From contig JAXGPA010000001.1 of assembly GCA_040767195.1 (NCBI GenBank), positions 96,001 through 160,000 of the forward strand: a stretch of DNA of 64,000 nucleotides, read 5' to 3'. Positions 29,663 through 39,691 of the stretch are shown here, in pieces. Position numbers and translations under genes: made by a program. Under the pieces are notes generated by a model. It saw only the letters and a program-made list of their open reading frames with translations. It had not been told where the DNA came from and made no database searches. Every line of letters starts with the position of its first letter. The first letter of the stretch is position 1. The DNA is from Syntrophales bacterium (GTDB lineage: Bacteria; Desulfobacterota; Syntrophia; Syntrophales; UBA6807).

Positions 29663-31798
29663 TCATTCCTTCTCTTCCTTCGAAAGCAGGATCCGGACGT
29701 CCACGGCTCTCGCCCCCCGGCCTTCGTCGTAAACGACCAGGGGATTGATCTCGATATCGCTGATATCCCGGCACGTCGACACGATTTCCCCCAGGAGAAG
29801 AATCGTGTCCACGAGGGTCCGGATGTCCTTCGGGCTTTCCCCCCGAACCCCGAGGAGCAGCGGATAGGACCGAATCTCACGGATCATGGCAAGCACCTCC
29901 CCCCGGTCCAGGGGATAGGATCGGAAGGCGACGTCCTTCATCACCTCCACGTAAATGCCTCCCAGGCCCGCCATGACAATGGGACCGAAGGAAGGATCCT
30001 TTTTCGCCCCCACGATCATCTCCGTCCCGCCCCGGACCATTTCGGTCACCTCCACGCCCTGGATCCGGGCGCCGGGAACCCGGGTCCGGCAACTCCGGAG
30101 GATCGCCTCGTAAGCGTCCATGGCTTCCCTGTCGTTTTCAAGGTCCAGGGCGACGCCGCCGGCGTCGCTCTTGTGAATGATGTCCGGGGAGACCACTTTC
30201 ATGACCACGGGATAGCCGATCTCCCGGGAGGCTTCCAGGGCCTCTTCCAGGGACGACGCGATCCGGGTCCGGGGAACGGGGATCCCGGCGGTGCCGACGA
30301 GTTTCTGGGCCTCCGCGGTGAGCAGAAAATACCGGCCCTCCGCCCGGACGGGAGCGGTGATGGCCCGGATGGCCCCGCCGTCGACGGCCGGGGGCGGTTC
30401 CCGCCGCGCCGTCCGGCCCTTGAGATAATGATGGTAGGCGTAGAGGGCCCCCAGGGGTGAAATGGCCTCGTAAACGTCGCCGTAAACGGGAACCCGCTCC
30501 CGGGAAAGCCGGGCCACCGCCTTTTCCGTGGACTCCCCGCCGAACAGGGAGAAGGTGATGGGTTTCGCCTTCCCGCCATATCGGCTGTAATTGCCCCGGA
30601 CCATTTCGGGCAGTCTCTCGGCGTCGAACACCGCCGTTTCGCAGTACAGGGCGATGACGGCGTGGATGTCCTCCCGCTCGAGGGCGGCGCCCAGGGCGTC
30701 ATTGTAGTCCCCGGAGCGGGCCCCTCCGGTCAGGTCCACGGGATTTCGCACGGACCCGAATTCGGGGGTCACCGGCGTAAAAATGTCCTTCAGAATCTCC
30801 AGATCATCGTAAAGACGGATGCCGAATTTCTCGCAGGCATCGGTAGCGAGCACTCCCATGCCCCCGCCGTTGGTGACGATCACCGTTTCCTCGCCGTCCG
30901 GGAGGGGCGTGGCGGATAGATACTTGCACCAGTCGAAGGCTTCCTTCACCGTCTCCGCCCGCAGGGCCCCGCACTGCCGGGCCACGGCATCGAAGACGCG
31001 GTCCGAACCCGCCAGGGACCCCGTGTGGGAAGCCGCGGCGGCGGCCCCCCGGGCGGACCGTCCCGACTTGACGACGATGACGGGCTTCGCCGCCGTGGCC
31101 TTCCGAAGGGCCTCGATGAACTTTTCACCCTGCTTCACCCCTTCGATGTACATGAGGATCACCCGGGTGTCTTCCTGGGGAACGAGATACTCGAGAAGAT
31201 CGGCCTCATCCACGTCCGCCTTGTTCCCCACGGAGCAGATGGCGGAAAGGCCGACGTTCTCCGTCCAGGTTTTCCCGATCATGGCGAGCCCGAGGGCCCC
31301 GCTCTGACTGATGATGGCCACGCCGCCGGGCCGGATGGTTCCCGGGCCGAAAGTGGCGTTCATGGACACGGCGGCCGAATAGAGGCCGAACATGTTCGGC
31401 CCGACGATCCGCATCCCCGCCTCCCGGGCCAGGGAGACCATTTTCTGCTCCTCCCCGAGGTTGCCCACCTCGGAAAACCCGGAGGTGATCACAAGAAGGT
31501 ACCGCACCCCTTTCCGGGCGCACGCCTCCACGGCAGCAAGGACGAATTTCGCCGGCACGGTGACGACGGCCACATCCACCTCTCCCGGAACGGCTTCCAG
31601 GTCCGTGAAAACCGGGATTCCCAGGATCTCGCCCCCCCGGGGGTTCACCGGGACGATGGTTCCGCCATAGCCGCCCTTGTGAATGTTTTCCAGGATCTTG
31701 TACCCGATCTTTTCCCGGTCGTGGGACGCCCCGATCACGGCCACGGACCGGGGTTCAAAGAGACGGCGGATGCTTCCGGCGCTATCGTTTGGACACAT
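29663..31798 (-). CDS. ADP-forming acetate/acyl-CoA ligase (fused alpha-beta)
   Basis: PRSVAVIGAS, VGPN, SQSG, ASHTGSL (phospho-His), NPVDLTG, HKSDAGGV, EINPL. Confidence 0.93.
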   Translation of the reverse strand: MCPNDSAGSIRRLFEPRSVAVIGASHDREKIGYKILENIHKGGYGGTIVPVNPRGGEILGIPVFTDLEAVPGEVDVAVVTVPAKFVLAAVEACARKGVRYLLVITSGFSEVGNLGEEQKMVSLAREAGMRIVGPNMFGLYSAAVSMNATFGPGTIRPGGVAIISQSGALGLAMIGKTWTENVGLSAICSVGNKADVDEADLLEYLVPQEDTRVILMYIEGVKQGEKFIEALRKATAAKPVIVVKSGRSARGAAAAASHTGSLAGSDRVFDAVARQCGALRAETVKEAFDWCKYLSATPLPDGEETVIVTNGGGMGVLATDACEKFGIRLYDDLEILKDIFTPVTPEFGSVRNPVDLTGGARSGDYNDALGAALEREDIHAVIALYCETAVFDAERLPEMVRGNYSRYGGKAKPITFSLFGGESTEKAVARLSRERVPVYGDVYEAISPLGALYAYHHYLKGRTARREPPPAVDGGAIRAITAPVRAEGRYFLLTAEAQKLVGTAGIPVPRTRIASSLEEALEASREIGYPVVMKVVSPDIIHKSDAGGVALDLENDREAMDAYEAILRSCRTRVPGARIQGVEVTEMVRGGTEMIVGAKKDPSFGPIVMAGLGGIYVEVMKDVAFRSYPLDRGEVLAMIREIRSYPLLLGVRGESPKDIRTLVDTILLLGEIVSTCRDISDIEINPLVVYDEGRGARAVDVRILLSKEEKE

Positions 31799-31824
31799 GA
31801 ACGGAACCTCTTCTTCTCAAAGGA

Positions 31825-33825
31825 TCAGGACCGAAAAGCCATTTTCAGTTCATAGACCCCCTCGGCGGCCCGCTTCTCCATGTCGAACCCCATCTTTTCG
31901 AAGACGTGCAGCATGGGCTTGTTCTCCACGAGAACCTCCGCCGTAAAACCGAGAAGGCCCTGTTTTTTCGCCAGGTAAGTGAGATAGGACAGGATTTCCG
32001 TGGCGATGCCCCTGTCCTGGAAATCGTCCCGGACGGCGAAGGCCACTTCCGCCGTGTGCGTCCGTTCATCGATGCCGTACTGCCCAACGGCGACGATCTT
32101 TTCCCGGATTTTCCGGTCCACCACGGCCACGATGAGCATTTCCTTCGTGTAATCGATGACCGTGAAATCCTGGAGGCGTTCGTGGGGCATGTCCTTCCGG
32201 CTGGAGATGAAACGCCGGTAAAGGCTCTTGTCGGACAGGGAATAGAAAAAATCCTTGAGAAGGGGTTCGTCGCTGATCTTGACGGGCCTCAGGTAGATGT
32301 TCAGTCCCGCGTCCGTCGTCCGGTACCCCTCGAGGGTCTCCGGGTATTCCCCCTTTTTCCCGGGAATGTAGGTCTGGTCCTGGTAAATGAGCCCCGCCTT
32401 TTTCGCTTCCTCGATGAGCCAGGGCCGGAAGCGGGGATGGGCGACGGCGATGAGTTCCATGGCCCGCTCGCGGATGTTCCTTCCGTGGAGATAGACGATG
32501 CCGTACTCGGTGACCACGTAGTGGATGTCCCCCCGGTTCAGGGTCGCTCCCGCCCCTTCCTTGAGAAAGGGCACAATCCGGGAGACCTCGCCCTGGGAGG
32601 CCGTGGAAAGCATGGCCAGGATCGTTTTCCCGTTCCGGGCCAGGACGGCCCCCCGCATGAAATCGGCCTGACCTCCGATGCCGCTGTAAAAGATTTTCCC
32701 GATGGATTCGGCGCTGGCCTGGCCCGTCAGGTCGATTTCCAGGGCCGAGTTGATGGCCGTCATGTTCTCGTGCTGGGCGATGACCAGGGGATCGTTGGTG
32801 TAGTCGATGGTCTTCAGCTCCACCATGGGATTGTCGTGAAGGTATTCATAAGTCCCCTTTTTTCCCATGCAGAAAGCGGCAACGGCCTTTCCCCGGTTCA
32901 GGGTCTTCCGCTCGTTGGTGATGACGCCCGCCTTCATGAGGGCCACGATGCCGTCACCGATGAGTTCCGTGTGGATCCCGAGATCCTTTTTGTCCCCCAG
33001 GTTTTTCAGGATGGCGTTGGGGATGTTTCCGTAACCGACCTGGATGGTGTCCCCATCCTGGATGAGCCGGGCCACGTATGCGCCGATCCTGCGGATTTCT
33101 TCCGTCTCCTCCCCGGGGTCGTATTCCAGAAGGTCTTCATCGCAGGGAAAAACGTAATCCACGTCGCCGATGTGGATGAACCCGTCACCGTGAACCCGGG
33201 GCATGCGGGCGTTCACCTGGGCGATGACTACCCGGGCGCAGTCCACCGCCGCCTTGTCGATGTCCACACTCACGCCAAGACTCATGTAGCCGTGCCTGTC
33301 GGGCATGGATGTCTGGACGAGGGCCACGTCGATGGGAACGATCCGTCGATAAATGAGATCGGGGACTTCGGAGAGAAAGATGGGGGTGTAGTCGGCCATG
33401 CCCCGGTTCACCGATTCCCGGGTGTTGTCTCCGATGAAAAAGGAATTGTGGCGAAAGTTGGATTTGAATTTCTGATCCGTGTAGGGGGCGACGCCAAGGG
33501 TCCAGACATGGAGCACCTCGGCGTCGAAAAACGACTTGGGATGGGCGTCCACGTATCGGATGAGGGCGTCCACCAGGGACCGGGGCTCGCCGCACCCCGT
33601 GCTGATGAAGATCCGGTCCCCCCGGTGAATGGACTGGAAGATTTTTTCCTCCGTCCCGAACTTCTCCGGGTACGCCTCCTTCAACTCCTCTGTTTTCTTT
33701 GCGTTGATTTCCCGCTGGAGGTCGTGCCAGCCGGATCTGCTGTTCTGGCTCATGAAATTCCCATCTGCCGCGAAAAGAACAACTGCCGGTGAACGGACCT
33801 TTCCGATCTGCCGGAAATATCCCAT
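31825..33825 (-). CDS. Acetyl-CoA hydrolase/4-hydroxybutyrate CoA-transferase domain fused to GNAT (start may be 33753)
   Basis: LGIHTE catalytic Glu, SGIGGQADF, VVTEYG; GNAT AEVAFAV.D.FQDRGIA. Confidence 0.9.
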   Translation of the reverse strand: MGYFRQIGKVRSPAVVLFAADGNFMSQNSRSGWHDLQREINAKKTEELKEAYPEKFGTEEKIFQSIHRGDRIFISTGCGEPRSLVDALIRYVDAHPKSFFDAEVLHVWTLGVAPYTDQKFKSNFRHNSFFIGDNTRESVNRGMADYTPIFLSEVPDLIYRRIVPIDVALVQTSMPDRHGYMSLGVSVDIDKAAVDCARVVIAQVNARMPRVHGDGFIHIGDVDYVFPCDEDLLEYDPGEETEEIRRIGAYVARLIQDGDTIQVGYGNIPNAILKNLGDKKDLGIHTELIGDGIVALMKAGVITNERKTLNRGKAVAAFCMGKKGTYEYLHDNPMVELKTIDYTNDPLVIAQHENMTAINSALEIDLTGQASAESIGKIFYSGIGGQADFMRGAVLARNGKTILAMLSTASQGEVSRIVPFLKEGAGATLNRGDIHYVVTEYGIVYLHGRNIRERAMELIAVAHPRFRPWLIEEAKKAGLIYQDQTYIPGKKGEYPETLEGYRTTDAGLNIYLRPVKISDEPLLKDFFYSLSDKSLYRRFISSRKDMPHERLQDFTVIDYTKEMLIVAVVDRKIREKIVAVGQYGIDERTHTAEVAFAVRDDFQDRGIATEILSYLTYLAKKQGLLGFTAEVLVENKPMLHVFEKMGFDMEKRAAEGVYELKMAFRS

Positions 33826-33851
33826 ATCACTTCATTTCTACCCCGGTAAGG

Positions 33852-33880
33852 ATTATAGTCCCCGGGAGCACCCCGGTCAA
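33852..33880 (-). promoter_or_regulatory. sigma70-like promoter
   Basis: TTGACC-17 nt-TATAAT on minus strand. Confidence 0.65.
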
Positions 33881-34045
33881 GGCGAAAAATAGTCACGACC
33901 GGTAAGGCCTCAAAGTCGCCGTTCGAAACCCACAACCCGCCCCGCTCATGGCGGACGGGCAAAATTCCCGTCCCGAAATAAACGCGGGGGCTTCCCGCCT
34001 TGCCGGAAGCCCCCGTGACAATTTTCTAAAAGCTCCTGTTTTCCC

Positions 34046-35395
34046 CTACACCGGCAGGTACAATAGCGCCAGTATAAAGAGTATGGCGCTCACCACCAGG
34101 ACGACCATGGTGTACCCGACGATTTCTCTCGCTTTCAGCCGCGTGATCCCCAGGAGGGCGAGGGCCCAGAAGGGCTGGAGCATGTTCGTCCACTCGTCGC
34201 CGTAGGCCACGGCCATGATGGTCTTGTTCATGTCGAAGTTCATGGCCTGGGCCGCCTTCACCATGATGGGCCCCTGGACGGCCCACTGGCCGCCGCCGGA
34301 AGGCACGAAGAGGTTCACCAGGCCGGCGCTCAAGAACGTGAAGACGGGGTACGTCGTCTCCGTGGAAATGCTGACGAACCAGCCGGCCATGATGGCGACG
34401 AGGCCGGAGTACTTCATCATTCCCATGATACCCGCGTAGAAGGGGAACTGAACAATGATCCCCGCACAGGCCTTGGCACCTTCGCTGACGGCCCGGACGT
34501 AGTTGATGGGAGTCCGCTGGAACAGGATGCCCAGGAACAGGAAGGTGAAGTTGACGATGTTCAGGTCCAGGGCGAACCCTTTCGTGTAAAAGTACCAGAC
34601 CACGTAGATCATACCGGCAGCGCCGACGATCCCCGAGATGATGACGCTGTTTTCGATCTTGTCGGCCACGACCATTTCTTCCCTGGGAACGACTTTGACC
34701 TCTTCCTTTTTCACCAGGTCGGGGTCCACGTCAACGATGGTTTCGATCTCCTCCTTGTTCCTCGGGGCCATGAGCATGCACACCGTGGGGATGAGGAGGA
34801 TGAGGGCGATGGAAACGACGATGTTCATGGTGCTGAAAAGGGTCTGACTCGACGGGATGACACCGATTTCGTTCACCAGGAAGTGCTTCTGGGTGGCCAC
34901 GAGGAGGGGTGCCGACGCGGAAAGGCCGCCGTGCCAGGTGAGGAACCCGGCGTAGCCCGCGGCCCCGAGAAGGGGATAGTGCATCGGGATTCCCCGGAGC
35001 TGGCCGCTGCGCCCCACTTCACGGGCCATGAGGGCGCCGACGATGATCCCGAGACCCCAGTTGATCCACGCGGCGATGGCCGCCGTGAGACCGACAAGGA
35101 AGATGGCCCCGGTCTGATGTTTGGGGATTTCAGCGAGATGCTCGATCCCTCTACGCACAATCGGCGAGGTGGCCAGGGCGTGGCCCGTGACAAGGATGAG
35201 GCACATCTGCATGGCGAAGGACAGGAGTTCCCAGAAGCCCTTGTACCAGTGCTGAAGCATCTGGAAGGGACCGCTTTCCGTCAGGATGACGCCGATGATG
35301 TAGGTCAGGAACGTCAGCAGAATAGCGAAAAGCATCGGGTCCGGCATGAATTTGCGCGCGAACTTGTCAAAGGCGCGCCCCATTGCTCTGATCAT
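34046..35395 (-). CDS. atoE: Short-chain fatty acid transporter AtoE family
   Basis: FAMQM.LILVTG, WHGGLSAS.PL, QFPFYAGIMG, VPSGGGQW.VQGP, AYGD.WTNMLQPFWAL. Confidence 0.93.
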   Translation of the reverse strand: MIRAMGRAFDKFARKFMPDPMLFAILLTFLTYIIGVILTESGPFQMLQHWYKGFWELLSFAMQMCLILVTGHALATSPIVRRGIEHLAEIPKHQTGAIFLVGLTAAIAAWINWGLGIIVGALMAREVGRSGQLRGIPMHYPLLGAAGYAGFLTWHGGLSASAPLLVATQKHFLVNEIGVIPSSQTLFSTMNIVVSIALILLIPTVCMLMAPRNKEEIETIVDVDPDLVKKEEVKVVPREEMVVADKIENSVIISGIVGAAGMIYVVWYFYTKGFALDLNIVNFTFLFLGILFQRTPINYVRAVSEGAKACAGIIVQFPFYAGIMGMMKYSGLVAIMAGWFVSISTETTYPVFTFLSAGLVNLFVPSGGGQWAVQGPIMVKAAQAMNFDMNKTIMAVAYGDEWTNMLQPFWALALLGITRLKAREIVGYTMVVLVVSAILFILALLYLPV

Positions 35396-35660
35396 GATCT
35401 ACCTCCTCTCGAATTTACTTAAAAGAAAAAAAGAAAAGATAACAATGACCCCGCAAAAAGTTTCCTTCTTACCCAATGTGCTGTGTCACTTGAAAAAAAG
35501 AGAACGGTTGAAATGAAGAAGCATCCCTCCTTTCCGGACAGAATTTCTATCGTCGTGGAGAGTCCTGACGTCCGGTCCGCGGCCGGCCGACAGCATTCAG
35601 ACCCCCCGGTATTGCCGCCGGTCCTAAAGAGAAAGGGACTTTCGCCTCTTTCGAAAAAGA

Positions 35661-35717
35661 GTTTCATGTGTTTTATGAAACACTTGTAAAATATACAGAA
35701 AAAAACGGGCCTGTCAA
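35661..35717 (-). promoter_or_regulatory. Promoter (TTGACA..TATATT) with palindrome GTTTCAT-N7-ATGAAAC just downstream
   Basis: -35 at 35717-35712, -10 near 35695-35690; 7-bp inverted repeat at 35661-35681. Confidence 0.5.
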
Positions 35718-35763
35718 TCCCTTTATTCCCCGGCGACTTCGGTCGCCGTCACGGGGCCTCCCG

Positions 35764-37863
35764 TCAGTTTTTCCAGATGAACCGGGCATCCACCGCCCCG
35801 GACCGCTTCGACCCGGCGATAAAGGGATTGATGTCCATTTCCAGGAGGTCGGGGATTGCCTCGGCGAGACAGGACACCCGAAGCAGGGCGTCGACGAGAA
35901 GCGCCAAATCCACCCCCGCCTGGCCCCGGGCCCCTTCGAGAATGGGATAGATACGAAGGGACCGAAGCATGTCCTCCGCCTCCTTCCGGTCCAGCGGGGC
36001 GATTCCCCGGCTCACGTCCCGGAAGATTTCCGTGTAGATCCCGCCGAACCCGCAGGCCAGGACGGGGCCGAACTCGGGATCCCTCTTCATTCCCAGGAGA
36101 AGCTCCGTCCCGGATAGCTGCTCCTGGAGATGGAATCCTTCAAAATCCGCCTTCGGGGCTTTTTCCGCGATCCGGGCGGACAGCTCGTCCCACGCCCGGA
36201 AGAGCGCTTCCTCGCCGCCGATCCCCGTGACGACCCCGCCCCATTCGCTCTTGTGGAGAAAGGACGGACCGGTGACCTTGAGGACCAGGGGACAGGAAAG
36301 TCCCCGGGCCGTTTCCCCCAGGACCTCCCTTTTCGGGACAACATGGCCCGGGACGACGGGCATGCCGAAGGCGTCGAGAAGCGCCAGGGCCTCTTCCCCG
36401 AGAAGAACGCCGTCCCGGCGGCCTTTTTCAATGAGGGTCCGGGCCTTTTCCCGGTCCCGGGAAGGGGCTTCGGGCAAAGGGGCGGGCCGGGCGGCCGCCT
36501 GGCGATACCGGCGTGAAAAAGCCAGCCCCCGAACGGCATCCTCGATGGAGGGGAAGGCGGCGACATTTTCAATTTCCTCATATTGCTCTTCCTGCACGTC
36601 CAGGTCGTCCGCATAGAGCCACAGGGCGATGGGTTTCCCGCCGCCCTCACCTTCCCGGGCCTTTTTGACCACCTCGACGAGACTGGCAATATTTCCGTGA
36701 AGGGGTGAACTCATGGCCGGAATGATCATGAGAAGGCCGTCGACACCGGAAGACGCCTGAAGCTCCCGAAGGGCCGTCGACACCGCCCCGGTATAATTTC
36801 CGCCGATCATGCCGATGGGCCAGATGTCCACGGGATTGGTCACCCCGATCCAGTCGGGAAGGCCTTCCGTCAGGCTCTTCGAAAGGCCGGCCGGCAGCTC
36901 CGCCAGGGTCAGGTCCCCCTCGGCGGCGTCGATGGCCATGATGCCGCCGGCCCCGGTGACGGTGATGATCCCGACCCGCGGGCCCGCCCTATCGCCGAAG
37001 CGGACCAGGGCCCGGAGGGCCGTCCGAAATTCCTGCGTGTCCCGGACCCGGATGACGCCCGCCTTTCGAAAGGCGGCGTCGTACACGGCGTCCTCCCCGA
37101 CGAGGGACCCGCTGTGGGACAGGGCCGCCCGGGCCCCTTTTTCGCTCCTCCCCGTTTTCAGGACGACGATGGGCTTCTCTCTCGTGATCCGGGAGGCCAC
37201 CTCGAGAAATTCTCGTCCCCGGCGGATTCCCTCCATGTGGACGGCGATCACCCGGGTTTCGGGATCCTTTTCGAAGTATTCGAGGGCGTCCACGAAATCC
37301 ACGTCGCAGGTGTTCCCGATGTCGATCCCCTTTCCCCAGTGCCTGTAAGCGAAATCGATGGCGGCCACCTGGAAGACCCCCGTCTGGGCGATCAGGGAAA
37401 CGGGGGAGAATTTCTCCGGAACGGGGAGGTCGACGAAACTCGTCGTGAAGGAAGCGAAGTTGTTTACCACCCCCATGGTGTTGGGCCCCAGGATACGGAT
37501 CCCCTTTTCCCGGGCGAAGGCCGTCATCCGTTCCTGGAGCGCCCGGCCGTGGTCGTCGGCGTCGGAAAACCCCTGGGTGACGACGATGATCCGCCCGATG
37601 CCCGCCCGGGCGCACGCCTCGAGGACGGGGAAGACCCGGTCTCTTCCCACGGAGACCACGGCAAGGTCCGCCCTCTCGGGAACATGGGCGATGGATTCAA
37701 AGGCCCGAAGGCCGCAGATCTCGCCGGCCTGGGGATTGACGGGATAGATACGGCCGCCATAGCCGTACCGGAGCATGGTTTCCACGTTGTTGAAGGAACC
37801 GGGACCGGTCCGCCTGGGCGCCCCCACGATGACGACGGACCGCGGGTTGAGAAATTTTTCCAT
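35764..37863 (-). CDS. ADP-forming acyl-CoA ligase family, second paralog
   Basis: LNPRSVVIVGA, LGPN, LSHSGSL, NPVD, HKSEWGGV, DINP; GGAGG SD at ATG 37863. Confidence 0.9.
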   Translation of the reverse strand: MEKFLNPRSVVIVGAPRRTGPGSFNNVETMLRYGYGGRIYPVNPQAGEICGLRAFESIAHVPERADLAVVSVGRDRVFPVLEACARAGIGRIIVVTQGFSDADDHGRALQERMTAFAREKGIRILGPNTMGVVNNFASFTTSFVDLPVPEKFSPVSLIAQTGVFQVAAIDFAYRHWGKGIDIGNTCDVDFVDALEYFEKDPETRVIAVHMEGIRRGREFLEVASRITREKPIVVLKTGRSEKGARAALSHSGSLVGEDAVYDAAFRKAGVIRVRDTQEFRTALRALVRFGDRAGPRVGIITVTGAGGIMAIDAAEGDLTLAELPAGLSKSLTEGLPDWIGVTNPVDIWPIGMIGGNYTGAVSTALRELQASSGVDGLLMIIPAMSSPLHGNIASLVEVVKKAREGEGGGKPIALWLYADDLDVQEEQYEEIENVAAFPSIEDAVRGLAFSRRYRQAAARPAPLPEAPSRDREKARTLIEKGRRDGVLLGEEALALLDAFGMPVVPGHVVPKREVLGETARGLSCPLVLKVTGPSFLHKSEWGGVVTGIGGEEALFRAWDELSARIAEKAPKADFEGFHLQEQLSGTELLLGMKRDPEFGPVLACGFGGIYTEIFRDVSRGIAPLDRKEAEDMLRSLRIYPILEGARGQAGVDLALLVDALLRVSCLAEAIPDLLEMDINPFIAGSKRSGAVDARFIWKN

Positions 37864-38017
37864 GAAACCCTCCTTTTTTATCGGCCGAACGGAAGAACCT
37901 TTCCCTTCTTTAGGAAACGGTCCGTCTCCTGTCAATGCAAATCAACCCACGGCGACCGATTGACGGGACCACCGGGCTGTGATAACCATGGTCATCAAGC
38001 CGATTTCGGAGACGCTC

Positions 38018-39691
38018 ATGATCCTAGGTATCGATGTCGGGGGCACCCACACGGATGCCGTTCTCCTGGACAGCCGTTTCGACGTGGTCGAATGGGCCAA
38101 GGTTCTCACGAACCCTGACAATCTCATCGACTCGTTCCGCGAGGCGACCTCCCGGGTTCTGAACGGTAAAAACCTGACGAAGCTCGAGAGGATCGTCCTC
38201 AGCACCACCATGTCCACCAACGCCATTGTTCAGAACAAGGTGGACCGGGTGGGCATGATCCTTGCCGGGGGGCCCGGGCTGGCCCCGGAGGCGCTTCACG
38301 TCGACGGGGACACCCACTTCGTCTCGGGGTACATGAGCCACCGGGGAATCGAGGCGGCGGCCGTGGACGAGAGCGAGGTCCTGGAAGCGGCAGGCCGCCT
38401 CAAGGCGTCAGGAATCCGTCACGGCGGGATCGTGGGAAAATTCTCCACGAGAAACCCCGGCCTGGAACTCAAAATCGGAAATCTCATCGAAAAGGACTTC
38501 GACCATCTCTCTTTCGGCCACCGCATGTCGGGAAACCTGAACTACCCCCGACGGATCGCCACGACCTACCTGAACGCCGCCATCTGGAGCGTCTACAATC
38601 GCTTCGTCGACAACCTTCTCCGTTTCGTCGGCGAACTCGGAGTGACGGCACCGGTGTATATCCTCAAGGCTGACGGCGGTACCTCGGAAATCCGCCAGTC
38701 GGCGAAATACCCCGTGGGCACGATCCTCTCCGGCCCGGCGGCGAGCATCATGGGAATCCTCAGCCTGACGGGCGGGAAGGAAGACGCCGTGGCCCTCGAC
38801 ATCGGGGGAACGACCACGGACATCGCCCTTTTCGCCGACGGGGTCCCCCTCCTGGAACCCTTCGGCGTCACCATCGCGGGACGACGCACCCTGGTCCGGG
38901 GCCTGAAGACCCGTTCCATCGGCGTGGGCGGAGACAGCCGGGTCCGCTGGGAAAAGGGGGAACTCCGGATCGGCCCCGAGCGGGAAGGTCCCGCCCGGGC
39001 CTTCGGCGGACCCTTTCCGACCCCGACGGACGCCATGATCGTTCTCGGTCTCACGGCAATGGGAAACCGTGAAAAGGCTTTGGAGGCCATGGCGGAACTG
39101 GCGGAAGAAGGAAAGACATCCCCCGGGGAAATGGCCAGGATCGTTTATGAAAAGGCCTGCGAGATCATTTCCGGGGCCGTCCGGGAGCTCCTCGAGGAGG
39201 TCAACAACAAGCCTGTTTACACCATTCATGAAATCCTGGAAGGGAAGATCATTACCCCGAAAGTCCTCTTTACCGTCGGGGGACCCGCGGAAGCCATGGC
39301 CCCGAGGATCGGGGAACACCTGGGCTGCCCCTCCCGCCTCCCGGAACATGCCATGGTGGCCAACGCCGTGGGGGCCGCCCTGGCAAGAACGACGGCGGAA
39401 ATCACCCTTCTCGCGGACACGGAAAAGAAGACCCTCACCATCGTGGAAGAGGGTCTCCAGCAGGACATTCCCGGCCGGTTTTCCCGGGACGACGCCCTTT
39501 TCATCTGCCGGGAACGGCTCCTGGAGCGGGCCCTGAAGATGGGGGCCCGCGAAGCGGACCTGGTCATGGAAATCATCGAGGACCAGGTGTTCAACATGGT
39601 CCGGGGTTTTTACACCACGGGGAAGAATATCCGCATCAAGGCCCAGATCAAGCCCGGCCTCATCGCCCGCGGGCAGGAAGGAGCACCGTGA
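38018..39691 (+). CDS. Hydantoinase/oxoprolinase A family (ASKHA ATPase)
   Basis: GIDVGGTHTDA, LSGPAAS, DIGGTTTDI, GGDS, PTPTDA, ANAVGA. Confidence 0.9.
   Translation: MILGIDVGGTHTDAVLLDSRFDVVEWAKVLTNPDNLIDSFREATSRVLNGKNLTKLERIVLSTTMSTNAIVQNKVDRVGMILAGGPGLAPEALHVDGDTHFVSGYMSHRGIEAAAVDESEVLEAAGRLKASGIRHGGIVGKFSTRNPGLELKIGNLIEKDFDHLSFGHRMSGNLNYPRRIATTYLNAAIWSVYNRFVDNLLRFVGELGVTAPVYILKADGGTSEIRQSAKYPVGTILSGPAASIMGILSLTGGKEDAVALDIGGTTTDIALFADGVPLLEPFGVTIAGRRTLVRGLKTRSIGVGGDSRVRWEKGELRIGPEREGPARAFGGPFPTPTDAMIVLGLTAMGNREKALEAMAELAEEGKTSPGEMARIVYEKACEIISGAVRELLEEVNNKPVYTIHEILEGKIITPKVLFTVGGPAEAMAPRIGEHLGCPSRLPEHAMVANAVGAALARTTAEITLLADTEKKTLTIVEEGLQQDIPGRFSRDDALFICRERLLERALKMGAREADLVMEIIEDQVFNMVRGFYTTGKNIRIKAQIKPGLIARGQEGAP

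Noticed and set aside
31906..33792. 628-aa plus-strand ORF and similar long antisense ORFs (3983, 46491, 55740, 57311, 58909)
   Set aside because: Mirror frames of recognised genes
33900..33960. tRNA suggested by GTTCGAAACCC
   Set aside because: No cloverleaf or acceptor stem could be formed
35520..35670. Lysine or c-di-GMP-I riboswitch in the atoE leader
   Set aside because: Only fragments (AGAGG, AAAC..GAAA..) resemble them; core conserved elements not found
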